53,659 nt of DNA from Deltaproteobacteria bacterium (GTDB taxonomy: Bacteria; Desulfobacterota; Deferrisomatia; Deferrisomatales; JACRMM01), in assembly GCA_037446775.1 (NCBI GenBank), contig JBBIIA010000011.1:1-53659 (forward strand). Reading direction: 5' to 3'. Of the stretch, positions 26,742 to 34,574 are shown piece after piece. Within the stretch, counting starts at the first letter, position 1. Every line of letters starts with the position of its first letter. The translations under genes and the position numbers were made by a program. The notes under the pieces were generated by a model. It saw only the letters and a program-made list of their open reading frames with translations. It made no database searches and was not told where the DNA came from.

Positions 26742-28567
26742 CAGTTGCCTCCCTCCTCGGAGTTCCCGGTCAAGCAGTCGACGGCGCGGAACTTGGTCGG
26801 GCACTTCTCCGCGCAGATGCCGCACTTGATGCAGGTCGATTGGTCGATGACGTGGAGTTTCTTGTTCTCGCCGGAGATTGCGTCCACCGGGCACGCCTTG
26901 GCGCACAAGCGGCAGCCGACGCAGCGCTGCGCCGAGATCTCGTAGCGAATCAGGGCCTTGCACACCTTGGCCGGGCACCGGCCGACCAGGTGGTCCTCGT
27001 ACTCCTTCCGGAAGTACTTCAGGGTGGTCAGCACCGGGTTCGCGGCGCTCTGCCCGAGGCCGCACAGGGAGCCCGAGTTGACCGCCACGCCCAGCTCCTC
27101 GAGGGTCTTGAGGTCATTGGGGCGGCCCTTGCCCTGGGTGATGTCCTGCAGGATCCCGAGCATCTGGCGAGAGCCCGCGCGGCACAGCGAGCACTGGCCG
27201 CAGGACTCCTTCACCGTGAAGTCGAGGAAGTAGCGGGCGATGTCCACCATGCAGGTGGCCTCGTCCATTACCACCATGCCGCCGGAGCCCATCATCGAGC
27301 CGGCGGCGGTCAGGGAGTCGTAGTCCACGGGGGTGTCCAGGAACGAGGCGGGCAGGCAACCGCCGGAGGGACCACCGGTCTGGACCGCCTTGAACGTCTT
27401 GTTGCCGGGAATGCCGCCGCCGATCTCGAAGATGATCCGCCGCAGCGTCACACCCATAGGCACTTCGATGAGGCCGCTGTTCTCAACCATGCCGGTAAGG
27501 GCGAAGACCGCTGTGCCCTTGCTCTTCTCCGTCCCCATGCCGGCGAACCAGGAGCCGCCGCGGTTGAGGATCTGCGGAACATAGGCGAAGGTCTTGACGT
27601 TGTTCAGCAGCGTGGGCTTGTCGAACAAGCCCACTTCGGTCGTTCTAGGCCGCGGGGCCGCTTTCGGCATGCCCCGTCTGCCCTCGATCGACAAGGTCAA
27701 CGCTGTAGATTCGCCGCAGACGAAGGCGCCGGCCCCCTGAAAGACCTCCACGTCGAAGGAGAAGCCGCTGTCCAGGATGTCGTCACCGAGAAAGCGGTGG
27801 TTCCGCGCCTGCTCGATGGCAATCCGTAGGCGCTTGACCGCCAGGGGATACTCCGCTCTTACGTACACGTAGCCCTTGGCCGCGCCGACCGTGTAGCCGG
27901 CGATGATCATCCCTTCCAACACGGAATGGGGGTCCGCTTCGAGGAGGGAACGATCCATGAACGCGCCCGGGTCCCCTTCGTCCGCGTTGCAAACCACATA
28001 CTTGTCCGCCCCCGGCGCCACGAGGCATGCTTCCCACTTGCGCCCGGCCGGGAACCCGCCGCCGCCCCGCCCGCGGAGGCCCGATGTCTTGAGTTCATCC
28101 ACGACCTGCTGCGGGGACATCTCGAAGAGCACCTTCTTCAGAGCTCCGTAACCGCCACAGGCAGTGTAGTCCTCTATAGATTCCGGGTTGATGCGCCCGC
28201 AGTTGGCGAGGACTGTCTTTTGTTGTTCTTTGTAGAAGGGGATATCCTGGTGCCGGTCGACCACGGAGCCGGTACCTGGGTCACGATACAAGAGGCGCTC
28301 TACGCGAGCGTCGCCTTGCAGATGGGATTCGACGATCTCCTGAGCATCCTCGGGCTTGACCTTTAGATAGCAGGTGCCCTCGGGCTCGATGACGACTATG
28401 GGCCCCCCCTGGCAGAAGCCCTGGCAGCCGGTCAGTTTGACTTTCGGCTTGACCTCCAGCGCGGAGCCGGAGATGAGCGCCTCCAAGTTCTTCTGAAGCT
28501 CGGGGGCCCGGGAGGATACGCAGCCGCTGCCCTGGCATACAAGGATGGTCTTCGCATCGTGGCTCAT
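26741..28567 (-). CDS. nuoF: NuoF/HydB/HylB-like FMN/NADH-binding subunit
   Basis: N-terminal [60 protein letters not shown]-terminal 2x[4Fe-4S]; ATG 28567 overlaps the nuoE stop. Confidence 0.9.
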   Translation of the reverse strand: MSHDAKTILVCQGSGCVSSRAPELQKNLEALISGSALEVKPKVKLTGCQGFCQGGPIVVIEPEGTCYLKVKPEDAQEIVESHLQGDARVERLLYRDPGTGSVVDRHQDIPFYKEQQKTVLANCGRINPESIEDYTACGGYGALKKVLFEMSPQQVVDELKTSGLRGRGGGGFPAGRKWEACLVAPGADKYVVCNADEGDPGAFMDRSLLEADPHSVLEGMIIAGYTVGAAKGYVYVRAEYPLAVKRLRIAIEQARNHRFLGDDILDSGFSFDVEVFQGAGAFVCGESTALTLSIEGRRGMPKAAPRPRTTEVGLFDKPTLLNNVKTFAYVPQILNRGGSWFAGMGTEKSKGTAVFALTGMVENSGLIEVPMGVTLRRIIFEIGGGIPGNKTFKAVQTGGPSGGCLPASFLDTPVDYDSLTAAGSMMGSGGMVVMDEATCMVDIARYFLDFTVKESCGQCSLCRAGSRQMLGILQDITQGKGRPNDLKTLEELGVAVNSGSLCGLGQSAANPVLTTLKYFRKEYEDHLVGRCPAKVCKALIRYEISAQRCVGCRLCAKACPVDAISGENKKLHVIDQSTCIKCGICAEKCPTKFRAVDCLTGNSEEGGN

Positions 28568-29025
28568 TGCGACGCCCCTTCTTCCCCGTTCAATATCTGG
28601 GTGATCTTGGCCGAGGTCACGCCTCCGAACGTGGTCTCGTTGACCACGACGGCGGGTGCCAACCCGCAACAACCGAGGCAGGCTGCGGTCTCAAGCGTGT
28701 ACTCGAGATCCTTGGTGGTTTCGCCGTCCTTGATGTCGAGCCGCCGCTCGAACTCCTCCATGACCCGTTGGGCACCACGCACGTGGCAGGCGGTCCCGGT
28801 GCACACCGTGATACGGTTCTTACCGGTGGGCGTGAACCGGAACTGGGCGTAAAACGAAGCCACGGCGTAAACGCGACTCTCCGCCACTCCCACGAAGCGG
28901 GCGACTCGCCTCATCGCATCGTCGGGCAGGTAGGTGAACTCCTTCTGCACCCGCTGAAGGATGGGAATCAACTCGACAGGCTCACCCCGGTACCCCGAAA
29001 GGATGTTGTCCATTACCTCTGACAT
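28564..29025 (-). CDS. nuoE: NuoE/HydC/HylC-like [2Fe-2S] subunit
   Basis: [33 protein letters not shown]; SD AAAGGAGG. Confidence 0.92.
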   Translation of the reverse strand: MSEVMDNILSGYRGEPVELIPILQRVQKEFTYLPDDAMRRVARFVGVAESRVYAVASFYAQFRFTPTGKNRITVCTGTACHVRGAQRVMEEFERRLDIKDGETTKDLEYTLETAACLGCCGLAPAVVVNETTFGGVTSAKITQILNGEEGASQ

Positions 29026-29088
29026 CCGACGGCCTCCTTTATCAGTGGATCTGCCACCGTTCCTGCTGCGGCCTGCAATTCAACCAAG

Positions 29089-29136
29089 TCATGAGGCAGC
29101 TCTTCTCAGGACCTTCTCTACATCCGATCTTCCCAT
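29089..29136 (-). CDS. Putative leader peptide MGRSDVEKVLRRAAS (extends into nuoE if both UGAs are read through)
   Basis: SD AAAAGGAGG (29151-29143), 6-nt spacer, ATG 29136; TGA at 29091 and 29082, same frame as nuoE. Confidence 0.45.
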   Translation of the reverse strand: MGRSDVEKVLRRAAS

Positions 29137-29575
29137 TGCCTTCCTCCTTTTGACGGTGAGGTCTTCAGCAGCCCGCGGGGTTGCGACTCCGGCACCTGAG
29201 CGCCCACGGGAATCAGCGAAATCAACCGGCAGCAAAGAGCGACATCGTGTGCCGCCGCCAGATCAGAGGCAACAGGCACTTTCCCGGCGGACGGAGGGTA
29301 TCCCATTTCCGGCAGCGCTCGCAACTCTCTCTCTCCCAGCTGGATATTCGACATGAGTCGGCAAGCACACGGAGCGCCTCGACATCATCCCCGCCAAGAT
29401 CCAGGTCATCCGCGAGCTCCGACCCAAGTACGCCGGTGAACCGCCAGGGCCGTCGGCGCGCCGTCCTTGCTTCCTTTCCCGGCTTCCGTCAAGGTGGGGG
29501 GGCCCGCGGTCGGCCAAACCGGCGCCCGAACGCGACGATCTTTCCCCCACCGCCGCGCCACAGGAGGGCAACTCC

Positions 29576-30370
29576 GTGACTCCCTGGCCCCTCGCCCTGG
29601 GCAGCGCACTCATCGCGGGAACCGCCGCGGCCCACGGCATGTCCGCGGCCGACCAGCAAGCCATGCTCGAAGGCGGGTACACCCTGTATCTGTGGCTCGG
29701 CGCCAAGCACATGGTCACCGGGTACGACCACCTGCTCTTCCTCCTCGGGGTGATCTTCTTCCTCCGCCGCGCCTGGGAGGTGGTCCGCGCCGTCACCGCC
29801 TTCACCCTGGGCCACAGCCTCACCCTCGTCTTCGCCACCCTGGGGCAGGTATCGGCCAGCTACTACCTGGTGGACGCCGTCATCGCCTTGAGCGTCTGCT
29901 ACAAGGGCTTTGATAACCTGGGCGGGTTTCAGCGGCTCCTCAAGCGGGAGCCGCCCCGCCTCCTCCCGGTGATCTTCGCCTTCGGGCTCGTGCACGGCTT
30001 CGGCCTCTCCACCCGGCTGCAGCAGTTGCCCCTCGGGACGGACGCGACCGGCCTGGTCCTGCGCATCCTGTCGTTTAACGTGGGGGTGGAGGTAGGCCAG
30101 GTGGCCGCCCTGCTGGTGATGGTGGCCGTGCTGGCGGGCTGGCGTCGCACCCCCTCCTTCGCCGCCTTCAGCCGCCTGGCCAACGGGGCCCTGGTGGCCG
30201 CCGGGCTGCTCCTCTTCCTCTTCCAGCTGCACGGCTACGCCCACCAGCGGTTTGCCGACGAGCTGGCGTTTAGCCAGGACCAGCACCGCCACGCCCACGA
30301 GGCCCTGGAGGTGGAAAAGGCCCGGAGGAAGTTCAAGGGCAACCTGTTGGAAGAGGGAGGCGAACCGTGA
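29576..30370 (+). CDS. HupE/UreJ family Ni/Co transporter-like protein
   Basis: His right after the signal peptide (AAAHG), LGAKHMVTGYDHLLFL, FTLGHSLTL, FGLVHGFG, FNVGVEVGQ. Confidence 0.88.
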   Translation: MTPWPLALGSALIAGTAAAHGMSAADQQAMLEGGYTLYLWLGAKHMVTGYDHLLFLLGVIFFLRRAWEVVRAVTAFTLGHSLTLVFATLGQVSASYYLVDAVIALSVCYKGFDNLGGFQRLLKREPPRLLPVIFAFGLVHGFGLSTRLQQLPLGTDATGLVLRILSFNVGVEVGQVAALLVMVAVLAGWRRTPSFAAFSRLANGALVAAGLLLFLFQLHGYAHQRFADELAFSQDQHRHAHEALEVEKARRKFKGNLLEEGGEP

Positions 30371-30711
30371 CCCGCTGGTTCGGTCGGGTGGTGCTCCTGC
30401 TGGGCTGGCTGAGCACCGCGCCGGTGCTCCCCGCGAAGGCCCACGAGGGCCACCCGGTGATATCCGAGGAAGCGGCGGTGGCCCTGGGGCGCGAGCTCGT
30501 CGGCCGACTGGTTGCCCGGGGCAAGCTCCCTGAGACCTGGACCCAGGCGCGCCTGGAGGCGGCGACCTTGGCGCTGGTGGATGCCCTGGAGGAGTGGCAC
30601 CTGGTCTTCGCCAACGACGCGGTGCGAGAGCCCGACCGGCGCCGGCTCTACCTCTTCCTCAACTACGACGGTCAGGTGTTGGCCGCCACCTTCACCGGGG
30701 ACTCCCGGTAG
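30367..30711 (+). CDS. Small exported His-motif protein (DUF6488-like)
   Basis: Signal peptide then HEGH; GKL..TW, W...F.N, LYLFL..DG...AATFTG; GTGA overlap with hupE. Confidence 0.65.
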   Translation: MTRWFGRVVLLLGWLSTAPVLPAKAHEGHPVISEEAAVALGRELVGRLVARGKLPETWTQARLEAATLALVDALEEWHLVFANDAVREPDRRRLYLFLNYDGQVLAATFTGDSR

Positions 30712-30724
30712 CGGAGCGTCGCCC

Positions 30725-31669
30725 ATGAAGCCCTGGCTCCTGATCGCCGTCGGCGCCGTTGCCGCCTGTGCCCCCGCAACCGCCCTCCGCACGGCCCGCC
30801 CCGTAGCCCCCTACCCCGACGGGGTCTACGAGCGGAGCCGGTGCTGCGAGCTGGAGGACCCCACCTTCCATCACCTCAAGACCGTGAGCCCGGAGCGGGT
30901 GGCCGAGCGGTTCCGCTTTCGGGTGGAGCCCGAGCCGGGCCCCCTGATCGCCGGCCGCGAGAGCCGGCTCCACCTCTTCATCGAGGAGCGCGGCGTCACC
31001 GGAGGGGAGCTGGGCACCCTGCCGGAGCGCCGGCCCAACTTCCTGATCGTGAGCGAGAACCTGGAAGAGCTCCACCACTTCCACCCCGAGGACCTGGGTC
31101 CGTGGCAGGAGGCCGCGCTCTTCGAGGGCCGGTTCACCCTGCCGGTCGCGTTTCGCCTCGGCGGCCCCCACTGGCTGATCGTGGACTTCCTCGACAAGGG
31201 GACCATCGTCACCGCGTCCCTGCGGCTCGAGGTCCAGGGGCCGGCCCAGGAGCCCCCGCGGTGGGAGTTCGCCCCGACGCGCCGGCTCCCGGGCCTGGAG
31301 GCGAGCCTCACCACTGCCCCGGAGACCCCCCGGGCGGGCGACCTGCTGAACGGAATCGTGGCCCTCGCCACCGACTCTGGGGAGCCGGTGCTCGATCTGC
31401 GACGCCACGGCAACGCCCTGGCCCACGTGGCCCTGGTGCCCGGGGGCGATGCCGCCGCGACCCGCCACCTCCACGGGGGCGGCCAGGAACACAGCCACTT
31501 CCGCTTTCAAGAGATCCATCCCGGCTACCGGGGTCCCAAGCTGTACTTCAACGACTCCCTTCGGCGGGAGGGGCCTCACCGGGCGCTGGTGCAGTTTCGG
31601 ACCGGGACGGGGCTCCACACCGTCACCTTCGACTTTGCGGTCGCGGGGCGGGAGCCGGAGACGCCGTGA
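30725..31669 (+). CDS. Putative metal-binding lipoprotein
   Basis: Lipobox VAAC; two repeated halves containing VSENLEELHHFHP and AHVALV..HLHG. Confidence 0.6.
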   Translation: MKPWLLIAVGAVAACAPATALRTARPVAPYPDGVYERSRCCELEDPTFHHLKTVSPERVAERFRFRVEPEPGPLIAGRESRLHLFIEERGVTGGELGTLPERRPNFLIVSENLEELHHFHPEDLGPWQEAALFEGRFTLPVAFRLGGPHWLIVDFLDKGTIVTASLRLEVQGPAQEPPRWEFAPTRRLPGLEASLTTAPETPRAGDLLNGIVALATDSGEPVLDLRRHGNALAHVALVPGGDAAATRHLHGGGQEHSHFRFQEIHPGYRGPKLYFNDSLRREGPHRALVQFRTGTGLHTVTFDFAVAGREPETP

Positions 31670-31758
31670 GGAAGGGGGCTTGCCCCCGGCGCCACACTTG
31701 ACGCATTTTTGTAGCGCTGGGTCGCCAACGATGCCTCGCTCGCGAGTTGAGTACCCCC

Positions 31759-33381
31759 ATGGACACGATGTGGATCGCCACGGCGTTTCTCCTGGGCTTT
31801 GGGGCCCGGCAGGTTGGCTTGCCCCCCCTGGTGGGCTTTCTAGCCGCTGGCTTTGTCTTGAACGCCCTGGGGGTGGTCGGCGGCCAGGTCTTGCAGGTCG
31901 TCGCCGACCTGGGGGTGACGCTGCTGCTCTTCTACATCGGCCTCAAGCTCAACGTCCGGCAGTTGCTGAAACCCGAGATCTGGGTCGGCACCTCGCTGCA
32001 CATGTTGACCACCGTCGTCGTCTTCGCGGGGGTGCTCGTCGGGCTGGGGATCCTGGGAGCCGGGCTCTTCACCGGGCTGTCCATCCCCTCCGGCCTGCTG
32101 ATTGCGTTTGCCCTCAGCTTCTCCAGCACCGTCTTCGCAATGAAGGTGCTGGAAGAAAAGGGGGAGGTCTTCTCCCTCCACGGGCGCATCGCCATTGGCA
32201 TCTTGATCATGCAAGACGTCCTGGCGGTGCTCTTCCTCACAGCCTCCACCGGCAAGCTCCCCTCGCCCTGGGCGGTGGCCGTGCTCGCCGGCCTCTTTCT
32301 ATTCCGGCCGCTCCTCTTCAAGGTCATGGAGCGGTGCTCCCACGGGGAGGTCACCATCCTCTACGGGTTCTTTCTGGCCCTGGTGGTGGGCGCGGCGAGT
32401 TTCGACCTGGTGGCCATGAAGGCAGACCTGGGGGCCCTGGTGATCGGGATGCTGATGGCCGGGCACCCCAAGTCCAAGGAGGTCGCCAAGAGCATCTTCG
32501 GCTTCAAGGAGATCTTCCTGGTCGGATTCTTCCTGAGCATCGGCTTGTCGGGCGTGCCGAGCTGGGAGGCGGTGTGGATCGCGCTGTTCTTGATGCTGTT
32601 GATTCCCTTCAAGGCGGGCCTCTTCTTCGTTCTGTTGACGCGGTTCAAGCTCCGCGCCCGCTCTTCCCTGATGGCTGCCTTGAGCCTGGCCAACTACAGC
32701 GAGTTCGGCTTGATCGTCTGCGCGGTGGGGGTCGCCAACGGCTGGATCGGCGGCGACTGGCTGGTCGCCGTCGCCATCACCGTGTCGCTTAGCTTTGTGC
32801 TGGCGGCGCCCCTCAATCTGGCGGCAAACACCTTGTATCGGGCGCTCCACGAACGGCTGCGGGTCTTCGAGACCAGGGAGCGGCATCCCGACGATCAACT
32901 GGTCCACCCGGGGCCGGTAACCATGGCGGTGTTCGGCATGGGGAGAATCGGGACCAACGCGTACGATTTCCTGCGCTCCCAGCACGGCGAAACGGTGGTC
33001 GGCTTCGACTTCAACGAGAAGACGGTGCGCCAGCACCAGGCGGCGGGCCGCCACGTCCTCTTCGGCGACGCCAGCGACCTGGACTTTTGGGAGCGTGTGC
33101 AGGTCGGCAAGCGCAACACCGAGCTGCGGGTCATCCTCCTGGCCATGCCCAATCACAACGCCAACATGTACGCCGTCCGGCAGCTCGCGATCGCTGGCTA
33201 CGAAGGCCTCATCGCGGCCACCGGCATGTTCGACGACGAGGTCGAGGCGCTCAAGGAGGCCGGGGTGCAGGCCGCCTTCAACCTATACTCCCAGGCGGGC
33301 TTGGGGTTTGCCCGCCACGTCAACGAGACCTTGATGGGTCCCCAGGGCTCGGGTCTGCCTGCGCCGGAGGGGGGCGGCTAG
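31759..33381 (+). CDS. CPA2 cation:proton antiporter with C-terminal TrkA-N (KefC-like)
   Basis: GLPPLVGFL, SFSSTVFAMKVL, IGILIMQD, SEFGLI, FGMGRIG, GDASD. Confidence 0.9.
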   Translation: MDTMWIATAFLLGFGARQVGLPPLVGFLAAGFVLNALGVVGGQVLQVVADLGVTLLLFYIGLKLNVRQLLKPEIWVGTSLHMLTTVVVFAGVLVGLGILGAGLFTGLSIPSGLLIAFALSFSSTVFAMKVLEEKGEVFSLHGRIAIGILIMQDVLAVLFLTASTGKLPSPWAVAVLAGLFLFRPLLFKVMERCSHGEVTILYGFFLALVVGAASFDLVAMKADLGALVIGMLMAGHPKSKEVAKSIFGFKEIFLVGFFLSIGLSGVPSWEAVWIALFLMLLIPFKAGLFFVLLTRFKLRARSSLMAALSLANYSEFGLIVCAVGVANGWIGGDWLVAVAITVSLSFVLAAPLNLAANTLYRALHERLRVFETRERHPDDQLVHPGPVTMAVFGMGRIGTNAYDFLRSQHGETVVGFDFNEKTVRQHQAAGRHVLFGDASDLDFWERVQVGKRNTELRVILLAMPNHNANMYAVRQLAIAGYEGLIAATGMFDDEVEALKEAGVQAAFNLYSQAGLGFARHVNETLMGPQGSGLPAPEGGG

Positions 33382-33630
33382 GTGCGCGGGGCCACACGAA
33401 GATTGGTCAACAGTTCGGCAGTCAACGACTTTGCCCGGTCGCCCACAGTCGTACGCCACCCGCTTCACCGGTACTTCTCCTCCAGGTGATCGAGGTACGC
33501 CCCGGGCATGGAAGCCCGCGAACCCTTCGCCGCGGTGGCGCGCACCGTTCGCTCGGCCGGGTTTCGGAGGGCCCCTCACGTGTTATCATCTTGCGCAAGG
33601 TGTAATCAGTAGGGCGGCGGAGGGCGACCC

Positions 33631-33882
33631 ATGGTCCGAACGCAGATCCAACTCGAAGAGCGGCAAACGGAGATCTTGAAGCAGCTTGCAGCGGAACGGC
33701 AACTCTCCGTCGCCGAACTGATCCGCCGGAGCATCGATGCCTACCTGGCCTCGATCCCACCCCGAGCGGGCCGCGAAGACCAGCGAGAGCGCGCCATCCG
33801 GGCGGCTGGACGGTTCCACTCCGGGGTGACCGACCTGGGGGAACATCACGACCGCTATCTGGAGGAGGCGTTCGCCGAATGA
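33631..33882 (+). CDS. vapB: Ribbon-helix-helix antitoxin
   Basis: MVRTQIQL...SVAELIRRSID...HDRYL; ATGA overlap with the PIN gene. Confidence 0.85.
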   Translation: MVRTQIQLEERQTEILKQLAAERQLSVAELIRRSIDAYLASIPPRAGREDQRERAIRAAGRFHSGVTDLGEHHDRYLEEAFAE

Positions 33883-34277
33883 ACGTCTTCGTGGATACCT
33901 CCGGGTTTCTGGCGCTCCTGGACGCAGACGATGCGGGCCATCCGGCCGTTCGCGGAGCTTGGGAGACCCTGGTCCGTCAAGAAGCCCGCCTCTGGTCGAC
34001 GAACTACGTGCTCGTGGAAACCTGTGCTCTCGTCCAGCGCCGACTGGGGATGGAGGCGCTGCGGGTCTTCGACGAAAACGTCCTTCCCGTCGTCGCCATC
34101 CACTGGGTGGGTGAGACCGAGCACGCAGCCGGCTTGTCGGCGGTGTTGGCGGCCAACCGCAAGAAGCTCAGCCTGGTGGACTGCGTGAGCTTCGCGACGA
34201 TGCGGGCCGTTGGCACCCGGCACGCCCTGACCGTCGACAGCCACTTCCAGGAGCAGGGATTCCAGGTGTTTCCGTAA
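33879..34277 (+). CDS. vapC: PIN-domain toxin
   Basis: VFVDTSG, TNYVLVET, SLVDCVSF, TVDSHF. Confidence 0.92.
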   Translation: MNVFVDTSGFLALLDADDAGHPAVRGAWETLVRQEARLWSTNYVLVETCALVQRRLGMEALRVFDENVLPVVAIHWVGETEHAAGLSAVLAANRKKLSLVDCVSFATMRAVGTRHALTVDSHFQEQGFQVFP

Positions 34278-34574
34278 GGCGGGCGCGCCTGTTCAGGGAT
34301 TGGCCCCTTCGCCCTGGTGCTGAAGGAGTTGCTCCAGAACCCGCCCCTCAAGCCCCTCCTGGCGGGCACGGTCGGTCAACACATCGACCGGGCGCCCACG
34401 GCGGTCCCGGCTGACGACCAACACCTCCACGGCGCAGCGCGCACGCTCCCGAGGTTTCCCCACGCGGCCCCCCGAGGGACGGGGTCCTCGGCCAGACCCC
34501 GGGGCCTTCCGGAATCCAAGGGACGGCAACTGTTCCTCCGGCTCATCCCGTCAAGAAGCCGGCCCCGGCTGCCG

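Noticed and set aside
26741-29025. Respiratory complex I operon
   Set aside because: Only soluble E/F-like subunits, coupled to fdh; no membrane nuo genes.
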